A stretch of DNA of 63,324 bases, counting the filler, from Chrysochromulina tobinii (Eukaryota), in assembly GCA_001275005.1 (NCBI GenBank). It is 5 parts of 5 records of this genome, joined end to end, with 100 filler letters (N's around TTAATTAATTAA, not from the genome) between each part and the next. Parts side by side here need not be neighbours in the genome. Positions count along the whole stretch, not along the records: positions 40,888 to 46,113 come from JWZX01001044.1; positions 46,214 to 59,176 come from JWZX01001045.1; 3 more parts are not named here. One strand, given 5' to 3'. Positions 44,990 through 55,243 of the stretch are shown piece after piece; the first letter of the stretch is position 1; each line of letters opens with the position of its first letter. The translations under genes were made by a program, and so were the position numbers. Under the pieces are notes generated by a model. It was not told the DNA's origin. It did not search any database and saw nothing but the letters and a program-made list of their open reading frames with translations.

Positions 44990-45650
44990 CCACCTTCGCC
45001 GCCTCCACCCTCGCCTCCGCCATCCCCACCTCCGCCGTCGCCACCACCTCCCTTACCGCCACCGCCGTCACCGCCACCCTCACCGCCTCCTCCCTCTCCG
45101 CCACCTTCGCCGCCTCCTCCCTCGCCTCCGCCCTCGCCGCCAACCCCGAGTCCTCCACCCTCGCCGCCACCGCCATCACCTTCGCCGTCGCCGCCGCCAC
45201 GTCCGCCCTCGCCGCCGCCACCTTCGCCGCCGCCACCTTCGAGGCCGCCGCCTGCACCCTCGCCGCCTCCGCCTTCACCAGGCACAGTCTCACTCATCAA
45301 CTGCCAAGTGAATTCGAACTACGCTGGTGGACCTCATCCAAAGGGCGCTGGTGTCTTCGTACAGTCAGGCACAGTCTCACTCATCAACTGCCAAGTGTCT
45401 TCCAACTCAGTTGGAGGCTGGGACTCAGCTCCTGGTTCTGGCGGTGGCGTCTTCGTCAATTCAGGCACAGCCGCATTCATCAGATCCCAAATCTACAACA
45501 ATTATGACAACAATCCGAACAACAATGTCTACGTCGCACAAGGAGCCACCGCCTGCTCCTTCGACATGATCCTCACCGGCCTCGTTGGCGTAGTCTCAGC
45601 TTGCCCGGCACCCCCACCGCCGTTGCCCCCGCCGTCCTCGCCGCCCCCCC
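44990..45650 (+). pseudogene. Inverted, internally deleted paralog fragment of the Pmp-like gene
   Basis: No ATG after TGA 44987-44989; Pro tract joined directly to GTVSLINCQV repeats; GATACSFDMILTGL-GVVSACPAPP block almost identical to the 43340-43417 region; interrupted at 45651. Confidence 0.7.
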
Positions 45651-46022
45651 CTACGAGCGGCCCCCACAAGTATAACGGCCTATACGGCCCGGGGTTCATC
45701 AGTGTGATGACACCCGGTGACTCCTTACCCCCCCCCTCCCGACACATCGAACCCCCCTTTTCCGTAGGGGAAGTTCGGGAGGTTGTGGAAAAATCCTCCC
45801 CAGTGGGGAGGATTTTCCGATGCGTTTCACGGCCCGAAGGCCCGCCCCCGGATGGGGGGGCGTCGCGCCGTAGGGCGACGGTGTCGTGGTGGTTCTCGTC
45901 GTGACCGACTCCTTATGGGGAGCCGGCCGCGCCCACCCCCTGGGCGGTGACGATATTGGGTTCCTGCGCGGATATCGGTTGCAGGGTGTCAGTTAATAAG
46001 TCAATGGATTCCGGGTGTCAAT
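45651..46022 (-). other. Hairpin-dense non-coding insertion (structured RNA or mobile-element end)
   Basis: Many adjacent stems, UUCG/UACG loops on the minus strand, 10-bp long-range inverted repeat TGACACCCGG/CCGGGTGTCA. Confidence 0.55.
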
Positions 46023-46113
46023 CAGGGGGTGACGGGGGGTTTGTTATCGAATTTGGGGGGGTTTGTTATCAGGATACGTATCCCATGTATCTAACATGTA
46101 TCGTGCATGTATC
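46023..46113 (+). mobile_element. Terminus of a repeated element (CAGGGG start, hAT-like), truncated by contig end
   Basis: Near-identical to the reverse complement of 59277-59367 with unrelated flanks; subterminal TTTGTTATC x2 and CATGTATC x3. Confidence 0.75.
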
Positions 46114-46213
46114 NNNNNNNNNNNNNNNNNNNNNNNNNNNNNNNNNNNNNNNNNNNNTTAATTAATTAANNNNNNNNNNNNNNNNNNNNNNNNNNNNNNN
46201 NNNNNNNNNNNNN
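46114..46213. other. Artificial contig-joining spacer
   Basis: N44-TTAATTAATTAA-N44. Confidence 0.99.
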
Positions 46214-49200
46214 GTGCCGAGCGGTGGTAGCGCCGTACCGAGCGGCGCCGACCCGAGGCCGAACTGGCTCGGTACGGCGCCCGCCTCCGCGCTCGGTACG
46301 GCGCTCGAGGACTCGCCGCCGCTCGGCACGGCGCTGCTGGCCGCGGCGCCGCTGCATCTGCCGCTGCTGCTTGTCGCATCGGCGATGGCGAGAGCGGCGG
46401 CGGGCAGCGGCGGCGCGGTCGGCGCTTGCGTCCGTCGCTGTGAAGCTACCGACGCGGACGCGGCCCTCCCTGCCGGGCGTCGTCGTGGCAGCCCCGGCAG
46501 CTTGGAGGGCCTCGATCCACTCGCGCATCTTCTCGCGACTCTCCGCGCAGAGCCGATGGCGGCGGGCGCCTACCGCCGAGGTGAGCGTGAAGACAAATTT
46601 GGAAGGCGCGCCCACATTGTCCGACGACGGCTGGATCGGCACGTCCGAGGGCCAGAGGACGAGTGCTGGGCGCTCGAGGTCGATGCCGTCGGGTACGAGG
46701 GGGCCCACGACGACGCTCGGCTCCTCTGTGAACGTCTCCGCGTAGCACAGCAGCGTACGCCCCTGCATCGTGCACCAGAGCCGGCGCCACTGCGACGACT
46801 GCTCGAAGTACCGGTACAGCCAGTCGCCCGCGACCGTGGGTGCGGGCGGCGGCTTGGGCTGGGCGCCCACGGCGGCGCTGAGGGCGGCGGCGGCCTCCGC
46901 GGCGAGAGAACTGGAGAGCACTCGGCGAACGCGCACGCCGCCGGCTCCACTCTCGTACATGCGTAAGAACATGTCGCCATCCTCTTGCCAGCCGCCCTTC
47001 ATGCTCGTGCGCGCGCGCTGGGCGGGCGAGCTCACGAGCTCCAGGTGCTCGCGTTGCTTCCTCCCGACCTGCTGGAGCAGCCCATCGGCGTTCCGAGTGT
47101 TGAGCATGTGGACGCGCTTGATGTGATGGCGCCCCTCCTCCTTGGGCACCGCCAGATTCGCCCGCTGCAGCGCGGCGATCCACTCGGCGAGGTCCTTGCC
47201 GTAGCTGCCCGCCGACTCGCCTTCGAGCGCGGAGCCTGCGAGGGTCGCACCGCCGATGCTACCGCCGCCGCCGCCGAAGCTACCGCCGCCGCCGCCGCCG
47301 CCCACGACGGCCACCGTATCGGCGCCCGATACGGCGCCCCCTAGGCTCGCCGCCGCACGCGCGATCGCCTCCACGCCGCTCGATGAGTAGATGACCCCCC
47401 CGATGCGCGGCGACGCCTCGGCGCCGCCGGCTGCCCCCCGGCCGGCAAGGCCGTTTGCGCCGGCGCCGGCGCCGCTGGCCACGCCCTCGGCCACGTCGGG
47501 CACAGCCAGCGAGCTCTCGCGAGATCGTAGCAGATCGCCTCCGAGATGCGGCGCCGTGGCGGGCGCCACGCCGCCGCGTGCCTGTGCATCGTACGCGCGC
47601 CGCTGCTCGGCGTTGTGGTACTCGCGGTCGACCCGGAAGAGGTACGTGCGCCGCGCGGTCGTGACTTCGAAATGGAAGTCCGTCTGGAGCACTCGTACCG
47701 AAGCACCTAAGATCGGAATGAGCCCCCGGGCAGGCTCGTCCTCATTCGGGATCTGGTCTTCATTTCGGCCCTCGGCCCGGAAGTAGTACATGCCCTCGGG
47801 CTGCAGCACGCACCAGCGGCGCTTCCACTGCGTTCGGAGCACGCCCCCCTCCTTGAGCAGCCAGCCATGGTGCAGCCGCCTCGACCTATCGAGCATGCGG
47901 AGCGTTGGCAGCTGGCGCGCCATCCCCACCGTCTTCGGCTGGAGCACGCGCAGCTGCCCGACGAGGGCGTCGTCGTCCTGCATGCATTTAGGGAGGCCAT
48001 CAGTATGCAATCAGAGGCAATCAGAGGGAGTCGTCGTCCTGCATGCAACGAGGGAGGCCATCAGTATGCAATCAGAGGCAATCAGAGGGAGTCGTCGTCA
48101 TGCATGCATTTAGGGAGGCCATCAGAGGCAATCAGAGGCAATCAGAGGGAGGGTTCGTCCCCCTTGTGCACCTGCAGCTCCTGCAGCGTCGGGCGCGAGC
48201 CTCCCGCGAGGAGCGTGCCGTTGAGGAAGACGATGGGGAGCATGCGCGAGGACGACTTGTCGCTGACGCCATTGGAGGCGAGCAGCAGCCGGAGGGTGGG
48301 CACCTCTGCCGGCTCGGTCGCCAAGTCGACCTGCATGCAATGAGGGAGGCCATCAGTATGCAATCAGAGGCAATCAGAGGGAGGGTTCGGTCGCCAAGTC
48401 GACCTCGAGGAACGAGGTGCCGCCGCCCGCCTTGAGCAGCGCCGTGCGCAGCAGCTGGCGGCCGCGCCGGCACGCGCACTTGGTCTCGGGCAGCACGCCG
48501 CACGATGAGCTGAAGACGACGAGCCCGCCGGCGAGCACCTGTGGGGAAAAGGGAGCGCGCGCCATGGTGAGCACTCGCATGCAAGACGACGAGCCCGCCG
48601 GCGAGCACCTCCTCCGCCGCCTCGGCCGCAATGTGGAAGTCGGTCGCGGGGTTGCCCGGCCACGCCACGTCGCGCAGCACGCGCCCATACAGCCCAAGAC
48701 GGCGCGATAGCTTGTCGCGTCGGCGCGAGTGCGGGTCGGGTGAGGTGGACCACGGGATCCATCCGTGAAAGATGCGACGAAACTCATCGGGCTCTGCGCC
48801 CGCGAGCACGTGGCTCACCTGTGGGGAAGGCGGGGGGGGCGCCGTGGTGAGCACTTGCATGCAGGGCAGGGGTGCGCCCGAGGCAACGCGAGCACGTGGC
48901 TCACCTGCACGCCGCCGGCGCGGGCGGCCGCCTGCGTGTACTGCTGCGCGAGCTGCATCGCGAGCGTCTCGTCCGCCTCGGGCGCCTCCTCGCCCACCCA
49001 CACGAAGAGGCACACGGCGCTGTCGAGAAGCAGCACCGCCTCGGAACAGAGCGACGAGTAGAGAGGCACGCCGCCGCGGCTGCGCTCCATACGCACGCGG
49101 CTCACGCCATGGCCGAGCGCGCGCACGCGCCACATGAAGGTGCGCTGCGCGCCCGAGGCAACGCGCCAACCGGACGCCTGCTTCACCTCGAGTGCGAGCG

Positions 49201-52200
49201 CTGCCTCGAGCTGCGCACGCTCCTTGATGAGCTCGGTGGTGGGCTTCGTCACACTCGGCGGCGGCTCCTCGGCGGGGGCATCCGCCTCGAGGCCCGATCC
49301 CTGCAGCGCGTTCCCCGCCGCCGCGTCGGGGTTGGCCCCAGGTGCGGAGGCGTACCTGTGCGGAAGGGAAGAGGGCGCCGTGGTGAGCACATGCATGCTG
49401 AGTTGCCTCGGTGAGCGGGTGCGGAGGCGTACCTCCCAAAAGGCTTCCAGAAGGCGGCGGGCTCGCTCCCCTCGGTGAGTGAGGTGAAGCGAAGGTGCGG
49501 CTGCGCATCGAGCAGCCGCTGCGCGATGGCCTGCGTCGCCTTGAGGAGAGAGCGAGCCGCGTGCCGCCCCGCCCACAAGAAGAGTGTCGCGTCCTCAGCA
49601 TGGAGGAGCAGGAAGCAATCTCGCGAGTCGAGATAGTAGACGCGGCACGGCACCTGGGACGCGCGCGCACACGCACACGCCGAGCAGTCGTGATCAATGG
49701 TGATCAGTGGCCATCAGTGGTCATCAGTGGCCATCAGTGGGCATCACGCACCTGGCGCGCGCACACGCCGAGCGCCGTGGACGCGTACCGCTTCACCTGG
49801 AGGAGGACCACCCCCTTGAGGGAAGGCAGTGACTCGACAGGAATCGGGACCGGTGCCGGTGGGGGGGGCGCCTCGGCCTCGCCCGCCGCCGCCACGGCCG
49901 CGCCGCTGCCGCTGGCCGCGCCGCCGGCGCTCAAAGAAGTCTGCATGGCGTCGACGATGGCGACGGTCGCTGGCGAAGGCTCTGGAGCGAGCGGCCGCGG
50001 GCGCGTGAGCGGATGGCTGCCCGAGAGGATAATGGTCCCCTCCATCACGGCGAGGAAGCGTTCGGGCTCCTCGCCCTGCGTGATGGTGCGCGGCACCGGG
50101 TTCTCGGGCATCGACTGCAGCAGCTGTGAGAGCTGGAAGCGCCAGGTGAGGAAGTTGAGCGGCGTCACGTCGGCGCCCTTCCAAAACCAGAGCGACGAGC
50201 GCTGCCGCCCGTCGACGGCGTAAGAGTAGAGCACCATGTACGCGTTCGCCGACCAGAAGATGCCGGCCTCATCGATCGTGAGGAGCTCAAAGACGTCACC
50301 GCCGACCAGCCACACGTTCACCGCCTCCGTCTCCGGGTCGACGGCGCCGCTCGCCGCCCCCTCCGCGCCCGCCGCGCCGTCCACGCCCTCCGCGGCGACC
50401 ACCTCGCCCCATTCGTCGCCCATGGAGGAGGCGAGGCGCGCACGCACTGCGGGTGAGGAGCCCTCGCCTCCCGTGTCGAGTCCACCGGGAGTCATCGCCG
50501 GCAAGGGCGCGCCCTCGGGGGAGCGTGAGTGGAAAGGTGACTGCCACGCCTCGGCAGGACCCATGCTGCCCGCGAGGGGCGTGGGCGGCACCATCGTGGG
50601 CGGCGCCATCCCCGCTGCGTCCGCTGCGCCCGATGCGTCCGCAGGGGCCGCTTCGGCCTCCTCCCGCAGTCGCCAACGCGTGAGGATGGCGTCCCGCTGC
50701 CGGCGCATGCGCGTCACCTCCTCTTCGATCGTGAGCACCCGGGGCGCACGCTGACCAGCTGGCAACAGCGGTGTGCCGCCTGCGCCCGCAAACGCCGCCA
50801 GGCGCATGCCGGAAGGGTTCGCCTCGCGCAGCCAGTGCCACGTGGCGAACTTCGACCGGAAGCTCGCCGACTCGCATCCCTCGAACTCGCGCAGGGCGGG
50901 CACCTTGTCGTGCTTGCGCTCGCCGCTAGTTCGGAGTTTCTCGGCGAGCGTGCGCGCGGCCCATCGCAGGTAGCCTCCCGCATGGAGCCCGCTCCACACG
51001 TACATCTCGCCGCCGCAGTCGAGCACCACGGTGCGCGTCGTGTGCAGCCTCTCGTCCGAGTGGAGGATGCGCACCTGAGCGATGAGGTCATCAGTGGCCA
51101 TCAGTGGCCATCAGTGGTCATCAGTGGTCATCAGTGGCCATCAGTGGCCATCAGTGGCCATCAGCAGCCTCTCGCCCGAGCACGCGCGCGCACCTCGACG
51201 CGCTCGCGCCGCAGTACGATCGAGGGCGTCGGCTCGAAACCGCCCACGCTCGAGGCGCCGCCAGGGCTGCACTCCATATGCAGAGGGGCCTCCGAGCTCG
51301 GCTCGACTTCCATATTTGGGACGCTGTCGGCCGGCGTTGCGCCCGATACGGCGCCTTCGTCAACGGGTGGCGGCGCGTAATCTTCGATGATGTTCAGGTT
51401 TGAAGAGCACTCCTCCGATGGCCCACCTTCGCTCGCACTCGCCGGGGCGGCGGCCGGTGCCGAGGCGCTGGCGCTCGGCACGGCGCCCGAGCCATGCGCG
51501 GGCGACTGGTGCTTGAAGAGGTTCGAGAGCCAGCCGACGGGTCCACCCGTGAGCGACTGGCGCGGCGGGCGCTGCGGCGATCTGGGCGGCGGTGCGCCGA
51601 TGATTCCCCCCTTCCCCCCTTCCCCCGTTCCCTGCAGCGCGCCCGCGAGCCCGGCGCCGGCGAGTCCCCCCCCCGAGGGCTCGGACATGCGCGCCGCGAA
51701 GGCCTGCTTGGAGGCCAACGATGAGCGCTGTGTTGAGCGTTGCTGCGGCGACGAGGGGAGCGGCGGCGACGAGGGCGGCAAGGGCGCCGTGTTGGGCGGG
51801 GGAGCCTCGCCCTCAAGGCTCAGAGTGTAGAGAACGAGAGGTAGCGAGGGCAGGGGCGGCGGCATCGGCGGGCCGGCCTCGTTCGCCTTGAGCACCTGCC
51901 AAAAGTAGCGGCTGATCTCAAGCGCCGAGCGCGCCGAGGGCGACGGGCCGTGGTCAGAGGCTGCCGCGTCGGCGCTCGATGCAGCGCCATCCTGCGGCGC
52001 CTCGGCCGCGCCGAGGACGTGCACGTGTGAATTCACACCTCGGCGGTCGAGGCACCGGATAGTGTTGGCGAGCAGGAGCGCACTGGCCTTGGCACGCAGC
52101 GGCGCCTCGTACCCATGCCACTGGTACACGGCCGACGGGAGCGCGTTGCGTGAAGCCTCAAGCCGTTGCCAGCCGGGCACCGAGCTGTCCATCGGCGGCT

Positions 52201-53637
52201 GCGGCGAGGGGGCGTCGAGTACGAAGACGGCGCTATCGCTGAGCGAATGCGAGGTCGGTCGCACTCGGGTCACCTCGCCGAGGCAACCTGCGCCCACCGC
52301 GACCCGGAAGAGACGCGCGACGGGCGGCGCATCCGTGCGCGCACGCCAGCTGGGAGCGGAGCCACCGGGAACGGCCTGAAGCTGTGGGAAGGCGGCGCGC
52401 ATCTCGTCCGATTCATCTCCCTCAATCTCGCGGTGGTGGCTCACCTGATGAAGGAGGGGGCAATCAAAGGTCATCAGAGGTCACCATAGGCCATCAGAGG
52501 AAGGAGGGGGCGATCAAGGGCCATCAGAGGCCATCAGAGGCCATAAGTGGCCATAACAGGCCATAAGTGGCCATCAGAGGCCATCAGAGGCCATCCATCA
52601 GAGGCGATCTCGCGCTGAAGGCTCACCGCTCGGTCGTCGCACATGAGCAGCCCCGAGAGCTGGACGACGAGCGCGGCAGCGGCGCCCGACTTGTCCGCTG
52701 TACAGCTCGCCCCCAGCCAGTAGTAGGCGCGCCACGCCTTACTGGGCGCCTCGCCGCCGCCGCAGTCGGCCTGCGCGCTCGCGCCGGCCGGCTCATGCGC
52801 CGGCGCGGCGGCGGCAGCGGCGGCGCCGTCGGCGAGCTTGGGCGGCGGCGGCACGAGCAGGATGTACGCGTCGGTCGTGTGCAGCTTGAGCGGCGCCGTC
52901 GGGTCCTCGCACGGGACGCGGCGGACGGAGAAGCCGACGACACGCCACACGTGCGCCCGATCAGGAGCAAGGCTTGCATCCTCCTCGAACGGAGTCGTCT
53001 CGGCGACGCCCGTGCCGAGCTCGAGCAGCCGCTCGACATGCTCCTCGTACTCGCGCCAGCACAGCGCATCATGCAGCGCCGCGTCGTCCACCTCGGCCAG
53101 CGCCGAGGCGCCGTCCGCCGCTGAGAGTGCCGATGCGCCTGCGAGCACCGCCGAGAGCGAGCCCGGGCCGAGGGAGGCGAGCGGCGACTCGCCGTCGTCG
53201 ACCTTTTGCGGCGGCGGCGGCAGCTCGTCGTTGGTGCCAAGCGCATGCAGCAGCACGATGAAGCTGTCGAAGCCGCCGTACGCCTGGATCCAGAAGGCGA
53301 GCAGCCGCCGCAGGTAGCGGCGCAGCTCCTCGGCGAGTTTGTGCACATACTCGGGGTGGTGAGTATTGAGCCAGCGCGGGCGCGAGCGCGGCAGCTCCGG
53401 CAGCCGCAGCGTCGGGTGCGTCTCGCGCAGCTTTTGGTGCAGGTGCTGAAAGCGCGAGTAGCGCAGCTCAAACCACGTATCGGGGCTCGGGTACTTGCCG
53501 AGGTGGCTCTCGAGCCGGACGAGGTATACGGTGTGTGCCCGCAGCTCGCCCGGCGCGATGCGCTCCTCGGTGCGCGGCAGCTCCACGTGGCAGAAGGCCG
53601 CGCGTGCCATGCGCGTGCGACCTCGCGAGGCGATCAT
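46214..53637 (-). CDS. Giant PX + gelsolin/villin repeats + glutaredoxin-like + 2x PH protein, >2100 aa, 3'-truncated; exons 53637-52627, 52444-51194, 51074-49752, 49653-49433, 49355-48905, 48818-48609, 48538-48404, 48330-48172, 47977-46214
   Basis: PX: HTVYLV...LRYSRFQHLHQKL...LPELP; gelsolin: YYWLGASCTADKSGAAA, REIEGDES, VFVLD, MYVWSG, EGSEPAAFW; Grx-like: FLEVDL...LPIVFLNG; PH: GWLLKEG...WKRRW and QWRRLW...MREWIEAL; all eight GT-AG junctions preserve frame. Confidence 0.88.
47978..48171 (-). other. Intron H (194 nt): three tandem ~61-nt units of the TGATTGCCTC cassette
   Basis: GTGCAC...TGCATGCAG; internal units are separated by GACGACGAC, a copy of the downstream exon start. Confidence 0.9.
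48331..48403 (-). other. Intron G (73 nt): 17-nt exon duplication + TGATTGCCTC cassette
   Basis: GTCGACTTGGCGACCGA begins both the intron and the next exon; ends TGCATGCAG. Confidence 0.9.
48539..48608 (-). other. Intron F (70 nt): 26-nt exon duplication + GCATGC-GTGCTCACCA cassette
   Basis: GTGCTCGCCGGCGGGCTCGTCGTCTT begins both the intron and the next exon; ends TTTTCCCCACAG. Confidence 0.92.
48819..48904 (-). other. Intron E (86 nt): 18-nt exon duplication + GCATGCAAGTGCTCACCACGGCG cassette
   Basis: GTGAGCCACGTGCTCGCG begins both the intron and the next exon; ends CCTTCCCCACAG. Confidence 0.92.
49356..49432 (-). other. Intron D (77 nt): 15-nt exon duplication + GCATGCATGTGCTCACCACGGCG cassette
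   Basis: GTACGCCTCCGCACC begins both the intron and the next exon; ends CCTTCCGCACAG. Confidence 0.92.
49654..49751 (-). other. Intron C (98 nt): TGATGGCCAC tandem repeats + copy of the upstream exon end
   Basis: GTGCGT donor; 3' end GCTCGGCGTGTGCGTGTGCGCGCGCGTCCCAG mirrors the exon end GCTCGGCGTGTGCGCGCGCCAG. Confidence 0.9.
51075..51193 (-). other. Intron B (119 nt): degenerate ~30-nt exon duplication + TGATG(G/A)CCAC tandem repeats
   Basis: Intron start GTGCGC...CTCGGGCGAGAGGCTGC versus exon start GTGCGC...CTCGGACGAGAGGCTGC. Confidence 0.9.
52445..52626 (-). other. Intron A (182 nt): degenerate ~22-nt exon duplication + TGATGGCCTC tandem repeats
   Basis: Intron start GTGAGCCTTCAGCGCGAGATCG versus exon start GTGAGCCACCACCGCGAGATTG; ends CCTTCATCAG. 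Confidence 0.9.
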
Positions 53638-54213
53638 CGTACTTGCGTGCGTCTAGCGGGGACAGAACGTGAGGGATCCCCAGGATTTCGATGGAGCTGT
53701 GAAATTGCTCTGTGAAATAGTGATTTCACACGGTCCCTCCCTGACTCTCACCAGCGACCTCGCCTCGACGGTGGTCCTTGTCTTTGTGCGCAGTATTGCC
53801 AGTGCACGTCTCAGTGGAGACCAGTTATACGCCTCATTGGAGACTATACGATAGAACCCGACCCATAACCGTATGTCATCCGTAATGGCTCTCCAAATAT
53901 CACTGCACAAACGGTAACGTAACGACAACTTTCGGAACGCTCGAAACGCGCTCTTGTCAACGGGGCTGGGCCCGGAGGTTAGTGTAGGGGCGCCCACTGC
54001 GCCCTGGGCCAGCCGCCGAGCTCGCACGTCGCAGCTCTGGCAAGGTGCCCGTCCTCACCTCTGGACATCACCCGCACACCGCACAAGTCACTCAAGCAGT
54101 GAGCCCATAGCCACAGTAGCCGCAGGGCCCACACTCGACTGGCCACGGCCAGGGCCGCACATGCCGTCATCAAGATACAAAATCGGTTCGCAACAACATG
54201 CTCTCGCACAAAA

Positions 54214-55191
54214 TCAAGACTGTTTGCTGTGTGCACCCACCGTCAAGACCGTTCCCCATCTTTGCCCGCAGATTCGCCATCGTCCCTCCTCCCTGCATGC
54301 TGCAAGAATGGCCATCCCTCCCCGTGTGCTGCGCCCCTCCCCGTGTGCTGCGTCCCACCCACACACGTCACGCGGCCACGTCGCGCAGCCTTCGGTATAG
54401 TGTGGCATGTTCAGCTGGTGGCCTGAGGAAGGAGCATGGACACGCGTGGGGTGTGAGCGGCCGGGAGGGTGCAGGGAAGAAAGCACGCAGTGTGGCGGCG
54501 TACAATAGCCAGCTCCGCTGCCCAAGCCCAGCGGGCCGCACCGGAAGCGTACCATTGCCGCGCCGTGGCGCGGGTCGTTGCGCACGCCGAAGAGCAAGTG
54601 GCACAGGAGAGGGCCGTTGATGCCGTCATCCCACGCAGCGGGCGAGGGTGGCAGCGCCGCCTTCCACATGTCGCATGTGATCTGCAGGTCCTGCTCGTGG
54701 TCGAGGTGGAGGTGCGCGAGGCAGTTGGCCGCGTCGGGCGCAGCGAGGTCGACCGCGGCGTCGCGGGGGCACGGCGCGCCGCCCACCCTCCCGACGCACC
54801 GCAGAAGCGGGCCATTGAAGGCGGCCAGGAAGGTGGCGCGGTAGTGCGCGTTGGCGTGGGCCACAAAGGCAGCCCAGCACGCCTCGTCGAGCACGGGGCG
54901 CATGATGCGCGCGATGCGCGAGCTGGGCGCGGTCACGAGCGCACTCCAGCGCTGGCCGGCACGGCGGCGCGCAAGCGGACTATGGATGGACGAGGCACTC
55001 GCAAGCGGCTCGCACGCCTCGAACTCGTGCGCCTCGAACTCGTTCTCATCGAACTCGAGCACGGCCTCGCACAGGATGAGGTCTTGATGCTGAAGTGTGG
55101 ACACTGTATCAAGACGGCACACCACGCGCTCCTCATGCTTGTCGGGGTGCTTGCGCTTGAACTGCTTGCCCACCGGGTCGCAGAGCTCCAT
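54214..55191 (-). CDS. Cys/His-rich protein with possible HNH/His-Me finger motif; probable in-frame 81-nt intron 54503-54423
   Basis: RCVG...PCP, LHLDHEQDL and, after splicing, RFRCG...GYCHQLN; start and end uncertain. Confidence 0.5.
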   Translation of the reverse strand: MELCDPVGKQFKRKHPDKHEERVVCRLDTVSTLQHQDLILCEAVLEFDENEFEAHEFEACEPLASASSIHSPLARRRAGQRWSALVTAPSSRIARIMRPVLDEACWAAFVAHANAHYRATFLAAFNGPLLRCVGRVGGAPCPRDAAVDLAAPDAANCLAHLHLDHEQDLQITCDMWKAALPPSPAAWDDGINGPLLCHLLFGVRNDPRHGAAMVRFRCGPLGLGSGAGYCTPPHCVLSSLHPPGRSHPTRVHAPSSGHQLNMPHYTEGCATWPRDVCGWDAAHGEGRSTRGGMAILAACREEGRWRICGQRWGTVLTVGAHSKQS

Positions 55192-55243
55192 GTTCGTCGT
55201 TGGGTAGTCGGGTGGTGCGCAGCTTGGCGTGCGCTTGAGCCAC

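Noticed and set aside
45696..45828. Hammerhead ribozyme core on the minus strand (GAAAC-GCATCG pairing with CGATGT-GUC, then CUGAUGA)
   Set aside because: Stem III forms, but stems I and II do not pair next to the core, so it is not called a ribozyme without covariation evidence
47978..48403. CRISPR-like repeat-spacer appearance of the 61-nt units and decamer arrays
   Set aside because: Spacers are not unique, the units lie inside spliceosomal introns, and there are no cas genes
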